Positions 51,995-62,172 of a stretch of 64,000 nt of DNA are shown here, in pieces. The number at the start of each line of letters is the position of its first letter. The first letter of the stretch is position 1. The stretch is from Klebsormidium nitens. Its lineage: Eukaryota > Plantae > Klebsormidiophyceae. The stretch lies in the NCBI GenBank assembly GCA_000708835.1, contig DF237134.1, forward strand, positions 62,001 to 126,000, read 5' to 3'. The notes under the pieces were generated by a model. The model searched no databases, was not told the origin of the DNA, and worked only from the letters and a program-made list of their open reading frames with translations. Position numbers and translations under genes: made by a program.

Positions 51995-53624
51995 TTACTC
52001 TTCGTCTAACTTTCTGTAGCTAGCCTGCAGTTCTAGGAGCGTGCTGAGACACACCAGCAGCCACATGATGCTGAGCGCTCCACCTTGCGGAAAGACGACC
52101 TCCTGAAAGTGGTTGGCGTGACCCAGAGTTGCAGGATAGACCAGTGCGGAGACCCAACCGATCGGATAAACGATTGTGACCACCCGAAAGCTGAAGTGGA
52201 CATCGTCCTTTGCCCTGCGAATCGCCCCTGCCAGGTTCTCTTTTTCCTGCGACCGTTATAGCTATCTCAGCACGGGGTTAAATCGTAATTTTCAAACTTT
52301 TTGAAGGGATTTTCGCGCAAATCAACGATAACAGCAAGCCTTAAATACCGGAGGCGCTGATTGGGGGCGCCGTTTATCTTTTCAGCGAGTACCATATAAT
52401 CAACAAAGCTCCTGTATAGAGCTGGTGATTGACGACCGTAGGCATCGAATCCGCCAAGATTTGTGTAGCAGTCTGCTCACTCACCCCGTTCTTGTCCCCA
52501 AAACTGCGCGCCATCACCCTCGCTCCCAGGGGTTGCTACAATATATAAAGATAGGAGAGAATGAGGCTTTGCGCCAAGGATCTAACAAGCCAACCAGGCT
52601 CCTTTGTCCTTGCACGATGCGGAAGGTCGATAAGCCGCCAGTCTGCCGCAGTCTGAGTTGGGTGATTGATGAACAGCTGGTCTCCAATTACAAGGAGCAG
52701 AGTAACAAGACCGGTCAAGCCAAGCGTCGTGTCGTTTCGACCAGATTGTCATTGATGCTACTAATTTTTCGGTAAATTTGGCTCAATCTGGACACATTCG
52801 CCTCATGTAAGCGTGTGCGATGATCTACCTGCTTAGGGTTTTCATTGCATTTCACCCTCAGAGTGCGGCTCCAGACCTTCGGAACCCCAAAAAGCTGCAA
52901 GCACACTTGAGAAGATGAATTAGATTTTGAAAGAAAATCTGAGCCGCAAAACTGTGTCAGCGTCATTTTGTCAAAGCTTTTCGAAACCTTTTCATATATA
53001 AGGGTGTCAAAAGCCAAAAATTTGAGGGTAACCAAGGTCGATCACAATGTAAGAAATATTTTCTGGACATTGCGGTGATATCAACCATGCACAAGGACTT
53101 TAGTAGGCCAATCTGCAAAGGCGTGTTGAGTAGATGCGCAAATGCAAACTTTGACTCAAGAAGCAAATCTTTCTCGGCCAGAATGGAAGAGATTGACTTC
53201 AGCTATTGATCAGCAGTCGTGCCTGATTGTGCTTCATGAAAAACTTCAGAGAAAGACACGATCCAAAAACCTTCATGTACCAAACGACGACTAAGGAATA
53301 TTTAATGGTCTTGCACGTAGGTCTATATTTCAGCATTTTTACAACGAATATGCCTCAAGAAACCCAAGGCGTTCAGGCGCCCCTGCTTGATTCAGGAAAC
53401 GGTAACTTGAAGCAGCGCTCAAGGTTCTGTCTGATAAGGTGCATAATCTTCTGCCAAGATTGGATGCAATTCCAAGATCTTCTAACTCATTGTGATTTTA
53501 TGAAAGACATTCGACCTACCTTTATGAGCAGGGGTCTTCTGTGATCATTGAGTCCTTTGATCGATGCATGCCCCTTGCCAACCACCACCGGAGAAACTAA
53601 GCTCCTCTCGACCGCCGCTGCCAT
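51995..53624 (-). CDS. Unknown membrane-protein-like gene, paralog 1 (internal exons unresolved)
   Basis: Terminal exon 51995-52246 encodes EKENLAG...RVVTIVYPIGWVSALVYP...NHFQEVVFPQGGALSIMWLLVCLSTLLELQASYRKLDEE*. It is homologous to 54579-54827 with an in-frame indel. Candidate first exon MAAAVERS... starts at 53624. Confidence 0.55.
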
Positions 53625-54578
53625 CTGCTTCGAGGTCTCAGTGCTTGCAGAGACGAAGGTTCAACGTTCACAGTCTGCGCAAGTAGATGGAGCTAACTTG
53701 CTCTCAGGCGCTCCTGCTCTCTTTTTGATGGCAAAGATCTGCTACCAGGAAAACCTCCAACGCTTTCTGATTGGATGCTCGACGTCGCTCGCCAGCTCAC
53801 ACTGTGGATGCGAAGCGAAGAAGTGCGAAGCCCATTTTTGGAGCTGAAGGGAATCGACCAGATCAAAGCAGTCCTGTGGACCATAAGGTTACACTCTGAG
53901 GACACCATTCTGAGCGCGCGCGGCTTGCCGCGGCCGCATCCAAGTTAGATCTTAACAGCCGCGCATGCCGCCGGGCGGCCTGCGCGGCCGGTCTAGCAAA
54001 TAGGCTAACTTGGCGCGAACCTTTGTAGGTGGCGAAAATGTGATTCTGCACATTTTTAAGCAATGCGTCAGGCGGCTTGGAGTAGCAGATTATGTGGCCA
54101 TCCATTCTAAACAGCTGCCTGTCGGCGCGAGTTGTATCTTAGGTAAGAGGAAGAGGAGTCTCGTGGTGTTCACAACGCTTCAGATCTTCGATAGTCGGAA
54201 AGGCTGTCACCACAAAAAAGTACAAAGGAACGGTGAAAACCACTGCCAATGGCACGAAGGGAATGTATACTCATGGATTTTTTGCTTCTTTGTTACCGTA
54301 TACCTATATACGAACGGGGCTGCTACAGTCTTCCAAGTACGAAAACGAACATGAATCCCTCCAAGTGATCCTGATTTTACCCGGATCACTGCATTCTTTT
54401 GTTTCAGGACGGATGAAATCTTCTATGCAGCTTGATTTCAAGACTCATGTCTCATATGAAGTCTCGTGTCTTGAGCTGACGCAATCATTCTAACTTCGCT
54501 TGAATCACGATTCTTGAGAGTGCAGGTATACCAACCTTTCCAACGTACGAATCGACAATCATGATCTAGGTTGCTTGA

Positions 54579-56139
54579 TTACTTTTGGTCTAGCTTCCTG
54601 TAGGTAGCCTGCAGTTCTAGGACCATGCTGAGAGACGCGAGAAGTAACACAATGAAGAACGATCCATTTAGCGGGAAGACGACCTCCTGAAAGTAGTTGG
54701 CGCAAAACCATGCAGGAGTCGCCAGTGCAGAGATCCAGCCGATAGTATAAGTGACAACCACCCTCTTGAAGTTGGTGAGAACATCCTTCTTCCCCTTGCT
54801 GATTGCTTCTGCCAGGCGGTCTTTTTTCTGCAACCGTCGAATCCGTGTCAACGAGGGGTTGAAGTAAAGCTCGAAGAGTTCAGCACTTTGACCGGAACCC
54901 AGATAGGACCTTGAACCTGGATCACGGAAGGCGCTGATCGGGATGCCGTTGACACCTCGAAGCAGATTGCAATCAGAACAAGCTGCGGTACTTTCTAACC
55001 ATATTGCCAGGATCGTGTAGCAATCACCTCACTCACTTCGTTCTCCTTCTCGAAGCTGCGTGCCCTTGCCCTGGCTTCCATGGTCTGCCACGAAAGTAAG
55101 GAATCAGGATTTAGCGCTTCGATAAAGCGAACTTCTCTTCCCTGTTTTCATACCTACGAAGACCAATATCGACCGGCTTTTCGCGAATCTGGATGAATCA
55201 TTGTGTGCGTGGAACCACTGCAAATATTGCACTAAAGCAGCATTTGAAAATTGGTCACGCAACATGGTCGTTTTGGTTCAAAACGAAAGTGTCAATTCAC
55301 GTGAGATCCCTCCATATATTGGCGTTGTTAACCCCATGAAAGCATCAAGAATGGATTGATTGCTTCTGATCGCATCTCACCGGTGGAGTGCCGCTCGAGA
55401 CCTTCGGGACGCCAAAATGCTGCAAGCAGAGCTGCAAAAATTACAAACCTCAAAAGACAAGACTCTGAGCCGCATGATTTTCAGCCTTGTCGGATTTCAT
55501 CTAGGTCTCGAACATCAAGAAAGACCATTTGAGTGTTAAGGACCACAATCAGTAAACTCAGTGTTTTCTGGAAGGCATGTGTTATGAAGTTGGCCATGCA
55601 CGAGGAAGGCAGAGCCCTAAGAACCGAGAAAAGGGCGTTTCAAGTAGGTGTTCAAGTCTATATTCTGAGGTTGTGAGCCTGCGAAACATCAAGAAGGTGA
55701 GATTTGTAGCCTGCAAAGAAAAATAACGTTGTTTGAACGATATTATGGAAAAGCCCGTCCTGTGAGTCCAATCATGGCTACAATAACTAAAATGACGAAA
55801 TTAATGTGACACCCTTTAAGACGTTTCAAATGAAAACTGAATCCACCTTTCAGCAGAATTCTTTCAACCCTCGTCATAAACTCCAGCTTTTCAGGCCTTT
55901 CAGCTTGTTTATGCTGGAGATATCTGTGCGGGTTTTCAAGCAATCTCTTTGGAAAGGTGCATGCATTGTACCAGTAATCTGAACACTCCAGGATTGAGCT
56001 CTTATCCGATGGTTGAACTTGCGCAAGTCCTACAACCTACCTTTTTGATGAGAAGTCTTTCAGCACGACCTTTGCTTGAAGCGTGCCCCCTATCGACCCC
56101 ATTCGGAAAGCCCAAGCTCCTCTCAATTGTCGCTGCCAT
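54579..56139 (-). CDS. Unknown membrane-protein-like gene, paralog 2 (internal exons unresolved)
   Basis: Terminal exon 54579-54827 encodes KKDRLAE...RVVVTYTIGWISALATP...NYFQEVVFPLNGSFFIVLLLASLSMVLELQATYRKLDQK*. An upstream exon TMEARARARSFEKENE|gtgagt matches paralog 1 QPLGARVMARSFGDKNG|gtgagt. Candidate start MAATIERS... at 56139. Confidence 0.55.
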
Positions 56140-56439
56140 GGCCATTGGCACAAAACCTCAGGTACGAATCCTTTGCAGAATGAAGGGTCACAAACTTGAA
56201 ACTGCGCAAGAGGATAGATCGCAGGCGCTCCTGCTCTGGTCTTCGATGCCAGTCGAAGTGTCCTATGGAAGTGAAGCGCAGGTCTTTTGATCGGCTGCTC
56301 GACGTCCCTTGCGCATGCTCACAATCTGCATGTCGAGACAGTGCGAAGCGCAAGTTTAAAAAGGATCGACAGAGCACTGCACTTCAATCTTCGTAGACTC
56401 TAGGTATAGCTAGCGAGCATCGGTCATCAGCAGCTAGCC

Positions 56440-56560
56440 GCCAGGCTGTGCGCGTCGAGTCTGCGGGCGCCGCTTGAATAACAGCTAGTCGCGGTGAGGC
56501 GCGGCCGCATTTTGCCTGGCCCCGTGCCAGGCCTGTGCGCGGCCGCGCGGCCGGCTTGGC
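56440..56560. promoter_or_regulatory. GC/CpG-rich element (cgcggccg-rich) repeated at ~53915-54000, 56440-56560 and 59270-59400; candidate shared promoter
   Basis: Core cgcggccggcttggc(g/a)ca in copies 2 and 3, and cgcggccggtctagca in copy 1. Each copy lies ~300-400 nt upstream of the MAxxxE(R/K)S start on the minus strand. Confidence 0.45.
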
Positions 56561-57570
56561 GCAAACCGACTCGAATGTCATTTCGACTGTTGCCTTAGCA
56601 TTCTAAGTCGACCTGCATGAGCTATTCCTACTTCAAGCTGCCTGGACGCAAGTTGCAAGGTCAGAAGCGCACTCCTTCGCTGGAAGCTCAGAAGCGTAAG
56701 ACGGTAAGTTGCAACACGAGGGTGGAGCTTGTCGAGTTAGCATACCTTCGAATTAATGTAAAAGTTCAGCTTTTCTGACCCAAAGACGTCTGCATGATGT
56801 CTTTAAACAAAGCCAGACGTTCGTTTGTATTCAGTTGATATATTGCTGAGTACTCCTGTCTTCACTGGCAGCGTTTTTTCTGTGTCGAAAGCAAAACAAA
56901 ACGCTGTCCTTTCGATTGACCTGCCACAGTTCAAAAGAACACCTGAAAAAGAAGCGGGGTGATTTGTCCACCAGCTTCTTCTTCCTTTAACTTAGAAAAG
57001 CACAGGGGTGATGAAGCTCAGGGTAATCCAGAGGCAACTGCAAAGCTTGAGGTTTTTGCTTATTGAGGCTCCATGCTGAGGATTGGTTCAATTCTAAAGA
57101 ACGTTTGTTAGCTCTTCCCTGTACGGTCTCCTAGTAAAGCTTTAAGACTAGGTCTCGAATCAAAGTTCTTTGAAAATGAAATTCAGTCAAAGGTATCCGT
57201 TTTACGGCAAGGGAAGCAGTGCATTACCGTTCTGGTTTTGTTCGCAATCTTCGATGAATACTACTTTGCAGTTCGGCTACTACAAGCAGGATAGCTGTAG
57301 GCGTCTGTCAGTTGAGAACAACACGGGAGAGTGTCGCTCGAAACCAATCCAAAATTTGAGGGAATCTTGAGACGCTCCAGCAACGAGTCACAACCTCGTA
57401 ATGGTGACCATCCGTTGAGTTTTTGTTGTACATGACAAGAGAATGCAGGGAACGTTATCCGAGCCCAATCTCGAAAAGTTCAATTTTCATGCCTTTGCAG
57501 ATGGCCTTCGAAGTCGCTACACCCCGTTGTCCTTTTTCAAGGATCTGATGGTGCAGGAAGCTGTACTTGA

Positions 57571-58653
57571 AAGATCCACCGCCGTAGAGAAGCTCAGCTA
57601 GAGGCACTTCGAGAGTCTGTCCGCAGCTTGCGCAGAGCTCTCGAGGCGGAGGCGGCGCGCAAAACTAAGGCAGAGGCGGCCGCGAGGCAGGCCCGGTCAG
57701 AAAAGAACGTCCTTCAAGCGCGAGTCACGAGCTTAAGCAAGGATCTTGCCAAAGCACAGAGCGATCTAAAGGAGGCCAGGTCAGAGAACGAAGTCCTAGA
57801 AGCAAGGCTTTCAGCACTAGAGACGGTGACAGCGGAAAAGGAGAGGGAGGGCAAGCAGAGAGTGTCGGCTCTTGAGGAATCTCTGAAGGGCTTCCGCGAG
57901 GCGGGCGGGCGATGCGCGAAGGAGCGCGAGCGATTCTGTTACGTACTCGCATCCAACGGCCAGGAGGGCTCCGTTCCTTGGAGCGCCCTGGCGTCCGATC
58001 CGGAGTCGCTGCTTCACAAGATGTACTGCGGGGAGTGGGACTACGCGCGCGACGAGAAAGGGCGCGCGCTCGTCACCTGCCACCCGCAACGGTGGGCTGC
58101 CATCATAGAGCACCTGGCGACCGGAGCGGTTCCGGCGGAATGGGATCCGCAGCTCCTGGCGCAAGCGCGGCACTGGAACCTGCAGCGCTTGGTGGAAGGC
58201 CTCGAGGCTTCGATTCCTGGGATGACCGTTACGGCCGACCCAGACTCCAAGGGGTTCAAAGTCCGTTGCGTGTTTGCGTCCGTGATGAAGGAACTGAGCA
58301 GTGGCGAGAAGCTGATGAAGTATACGTTTTCAGGGCCGCAGAAACGATGGTGGGCCGTGAAATTGACGGAAAAAGGCATTTGCCTTGGTGCTGTTGCGCC
58401 TCCGCACGCTGGCAGTTCCAAGGTAAGCGGGTTACGAGAGATCAGTGCAGTTCTGACGTTTCGAGTAGTTTTGCGGAATGGAGACATGGTGAAGAAATCC
58501 GCAGACCCCGTCCTATTTTCTGCCGGGAAAGAGGAGGATCGGGGCTTTTTCTGGCAGAGATGGGAGCACGACTTTCATCAGTTAGTCAGCGAACCTTTGG
58601 CTCCAGCATACAATTGTCTTGTAGTTGAGATAACAGCCCGCTACGTAGACTGA
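57571..58653 (+). CDS. Coiled-coil + KCTD-type BTB/POZ + MATH-like C-terminal domain protein (5' end unresolved)
   Basis: Open frame of ~360 codons. LASDPESLLHKMYCGEWDYARDEKGRALVTCHPQRWAAIIEHLATGAVP...LLAQARHWNL fits the T1-type BTB pattern. The C-terminal beta-rich region (RWWAVKL...LTFRVVL...DRGFF...LVVEIT) resembles MATH/TRAF. There is no in-frame ATG before 58021; a possible first exon is 56617-56703. Confidence 0.7.
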   Translation, partial: KIHRRREAQLEALRESVRSLRRALEAEAARKTKAEAAARQARSEKNVLQARVTSLSKDLAKAQSDLKEARSENEVLEARLSALETVTAEKEREGKQRVSALEESLKGFREAGGRCAKERERFCYVLASNGQEGSVPWSALASDPESLLHKMYCGEWDYARDEKGRALVTCHPQRWAAIIEHLATGAVPAEWDPQLLAQARHWNLQRLVEGLEASIPGMTVTADPDSKGFKVRCVFASVMKELSSGEKLMKYTFSGPQKRWWAVKLTEKGICLGAVAPPHAGSSKVSGLREISAVLTFRVVLRNGDMVKKSADPVLFSAGKEEDRGFFWQRWEHDFHQLVSEPLAPAYNCLVVEITARYVD

Positions 58654-58929
58654 GTTGGACAGGCAAAGCACTTTTCTACTGTATTATGACCGAGAAAAGT
58701 GATCCATTTGCCTCGCATAGACCGTTGCAACATGGCGTGTGCCCCTTTGTTGCTTCAGCCAGAGTGACGCGGCATGCTTGTCGGGTTACCTATCATTTTG
58801 GTTGCATGCGATTCCAGATGTATTGTCCTGTGCCAATGAACACATGTACACATACGCGATTGCATCGTTTTACGCTTCTCCGAATCCATCGCATCGGAGA
58901 CTAATTGCAGCAACTTGCAAAACCATGCT

Positions 58930-59004
58930 ACCTCCTATCTCATGCTTAATCCACACAAGACTATCAACCTCATAGACTGCGCTCTTCTCGAAAATCACTG
59001 CCAT
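58930..59004 (-). pseudogene. Truncated 5' fragment (MAVIFEKS...) of the unknown membrane-protein family, copy 3
   Basis: Homologous to 53520-53624 and 56040-56139, but followed directly by the BTB gene 3' flank. No copy of the conserved terminal exon is present. Confidence 0.5.
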
Positions 59005-60539
59005 GGCCTGCCCTTGCTCCCTATCACAGGTCCTAATCCTCTGCAGAAAAGAGGCTGCAACCTTCACAAGTGCGCAAAAGAATGAATGCGGGTTGCGCTC
59101 AGGCCCTCCTGCTCTCCTTTTGGTGCCGCATGTCTGCTATACGAGTGAAGCCTCCAGGTCTTGTGATTGGCAGCTGAAAATCAATCGCAAGCTCGTGACA
59201 TTCTCTGGATGCGAAGGAGTGCGAAGCGCGCGCAAACTAGAGCATCCAGTCTCAGAGTACGGTTCGCAGGCTCTGCGCCTCGCGGCGCGGCTTGAAGTAG
59301 AGGCTGACGCGGCCGCGCACGCGCAGCCGCTCGGAACAGACTTGGCCCGGCGACCTGCATGCGCGCGCGCGGCTACCACGGGACGCGGCCGGCTTGGCAC
59401 AGATCGCATAGCCTGAGCCGTCTCGAAATGTCTTTCATTCACATCACCATTCCTAGAAAGCTGCCTGTTGGTGCAAGTTGCAGCGTCGAACAAGCAGTCG
59501 GCAGTCGCTAAAGCCCAGAGGCTGAGAAGGTAAGGTGCAACCCGAGAGAGGAGCCTGTACGTGATTGTGTACTCTTGTTTTGCATTTGAAAGCTTTCACG
59601 ATCTCAGGACGTTGCTTGAAGAACTGTGAATAGAACCAGACTTTTTCTGTGCTCATTTGACCTTCGTCCCTAGTGGCAGCGTGCATTCCTCTGTCAAACT
59701 CTTTCAAAGACTTGCCGCACTTTGAGAGGATGCATCGAGGATGAACAGGTGTTTTTGTTCATAACATCTCCCTTCGTTTAGCCAGAGATCCTTAGAAGGC
59801 GAGAACATAATTCAGACGCAACTTCAAACCAGAGATTTCTGCTTGAGGCTTTGTTTTGAGCCTCTTATAATTCCTTCGAGAAGACTTGTCCTGGTCAAAA
59901 AATGGTATGTAAGGTAGTTGTCGAGAAAAGCACCAGAAGGAGCTCCTGACCCACTGATCCTCAAGTAAAAGAATTATCTTGAAAGATAGTCGCGGCGAAG
60001 GTCTTGATTGTATGATATATTGTGAGAGTCACAGTGCTTTGGTCACTTTATTTTCTACTTAGTGCACTTCCTGTAATACATCTGTATTCAACTTTGCTTG
60101 CGCTTCCCACCTCCCTTTCCACCTCCCGACTTTGCTGACCTTTCAATTTTCTGCCTACAAACGGGCCAGCTAGGATGCGATCTGACATGGGAACAAAAGA
60201 GAGGTGTGGTCTTCATTCCGTCGTTTAGGAAGAAGATAAAGTCGCTTCTGAGCAACAACTTACAACTTGTAGCAGGACTAGCCGTTGAAAGGTCGTCGTA
60301 TCTCAGAAGACGAAGTAGGAGAGTTCGAGGGCAAGCCTAAACACAGGTCAATGCGCTCCTTTGCAGATGGCACTCAGACCAGCGACAAGCCATTACCAAT
60401 TCTTCAAGAATCTGATGGTGGCCATGGGGTGCTCACCATATGAGCAAGAGTCTTCGTCTACTCGCGATCGCTCTCTTTCTGACGTGCTAGAAGCAGCATT
60501 ACCAGAAAGGGTGCAGAGATTAGCCCTTTAAGGAAATAG

Positions 60540-61616
60540 CGCCGGAGAGAGCGCGGAAAACGCTGAGCTAGAGGCGCTTCGAACGGCTGTCGGCAGCTCG
60601 CGCAAAGCTCTCGATGCGGAGGTGACGCGCGCGACGGAGGCAGAGGCGGCCGCGAAGCAGGCCCAGTCAGAGAACGAAGCCCTTCAAGCGCGAGTCACGA
60701 GCTTAAGCAAGGAGCTTGCGAAAGCACAGAGCGATGTAAATGAACTCCGGTCAGAGAACGAGGTTCTTCAAGCGACGCTTTCAGCGCTGGAGACGGTGAT
60801 AGCAGAAAGGGAGAGGCAGAGCAAGCTGAGAGTGTAGGCTCTTGAGGAATCTCTGAAGGGCTTTCACGAGGCGGGCGGGCGATGCGCGAAGGAGCGCGAG
60901 CGATTCTCTTACGTACTCGCATCCAACGGCCAGGAGGGCTCCGTTCCTTGGAGCGTCCTGGCGTTTGATCCGGAGTCGCTCCTGTACAAGATGTACTGCG
61001 GGGAGTGGGACTATGCGCGCGACGAGAAAGGGCGCGCGCTCGTGACCTGCCACCCGCAACGGTGGGCTGCCATCATAGAGCACCTGGCGACCGGAGCAGT
61101 TCCGGCGGAATGGGATGCGCAGCTCCTGGCGCAAGCGCGGCACTGGAACCTGCGACGTTTGGTGGAAGGCCTCGAGGCTTCCATCCCTGGAGTCACCGTC
61201 ACAGCCGATTCAGACTCCAAAGGGTTTAAGGCACGTTGCGTTTTTGTATCCGTGATGAAGGGACTGAGCAGTGGCGAGAAGGTGATGAAATATAAGTTTG
61301 CAGGGCCTGAAGGTCGATGGTGGTCAGCAGAAGTGATGGAAAATGGCATTTATCTCCGATCTGTCAAGCCTCCGTGCGGTGGCGACTCGAAAGTGAGTGA
61401 GTTGGAGGAAATCAGCACACAGTTGACGTTTCGGATAGTTTTGCGGAACGAGGAGATTGTAAGGACAACAAAAGATCCTCATTCATATGCTGCTGGAAAA
61501 GAATCGGATTGGGGCTTTAGCTGGAAACACGGATATCAACAGTTAGTCAGCGAGCCTTTAGCTCCAGCTCATATGACAATCTTGTTCTCGAGATAGCAGC
61601 TCGCTACAAAGTGTGA
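60540..61616 (+). pseudogene. Disabled paralog of the coiled-coil/BTB gene
   Basis: In-frame TCG to TAG at 60835-60837, between the coiled coil and the BTB domain. A 2-nt insertion near 61569 shifts YDNLVLEIAARYKV* (equivalent to YNCLVVEITARYVD* in copy 1) out of frame. Confidence 0.8.
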
Positions 61617-62172
61617 GTTGGAAAAGCATGGCAATTTCCATGACCCATCCAAACCAAGGAATAATCTTCCAGTTGCATGCCTTGCAGAAATATTGTTGCA
61701 TACGCTGGCATATGAATTGCTTTTCTTTCAGTCTAAGAGACGCAGTGCAGGCTTGTCGGGTAACTCGTCCTTTCTGGTTGCACGCGTTGCAGCTTGTTGC
61801 CCTGTGCCAATGAAGACACACACGGAAGATACAAACTTGCATATCATTTTGTGCACTCTCAGCCAAATCATTGCATTGGATACTGGCTACACGTACAGCA
61901 TGCAACTTGCAACTTCATGCTAGCTTTTTGCACCGCTCTAATGATATCGAAACTAGGGCTTATTTCGAGACTCTGACGGATACTTGTCTACAGGAGCATG
62001 ATCATCTTTGGATAAGCTGTGTTTATTAAATTCCCCGTCACTTCTCAGATTGCTAGTCTGGATGAACGAGGCTCCTAAGACACCTCATTTTGAAACTTCC
62101 CGGGCCGTTCGTCGCAGGTATGGTTTGTAAGTAACTTCGATAGTCGAGAAGCACCGGGAACTGCCATGCGCA

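Larger units (their letters stand above)
56116..61900. repeat. ~2.9-kb tandem segmental duplication (unit A ~56116-58980, unit B ~58981-61900)
   Basis: Collinear homology covers the minus-strand gene 5' end, the GC-rich element, the upstream leader with a gtaag donor (56704 versus ~59529), the BTB ORF (ATG 58021 versus 60991) and the 3' flank (gcttgtcggg(t)tac..., tgtgccaatgaa). Confidence 0.9.

Noticed and set aside
60835-60837. Programmed stop-codon readthrough in BTB copy 2
   Set aside because: The same copy has an independent 2-nt frameshift near 61569 and a degenerate 5' region, so pseudogenisation is the simpler explanation.
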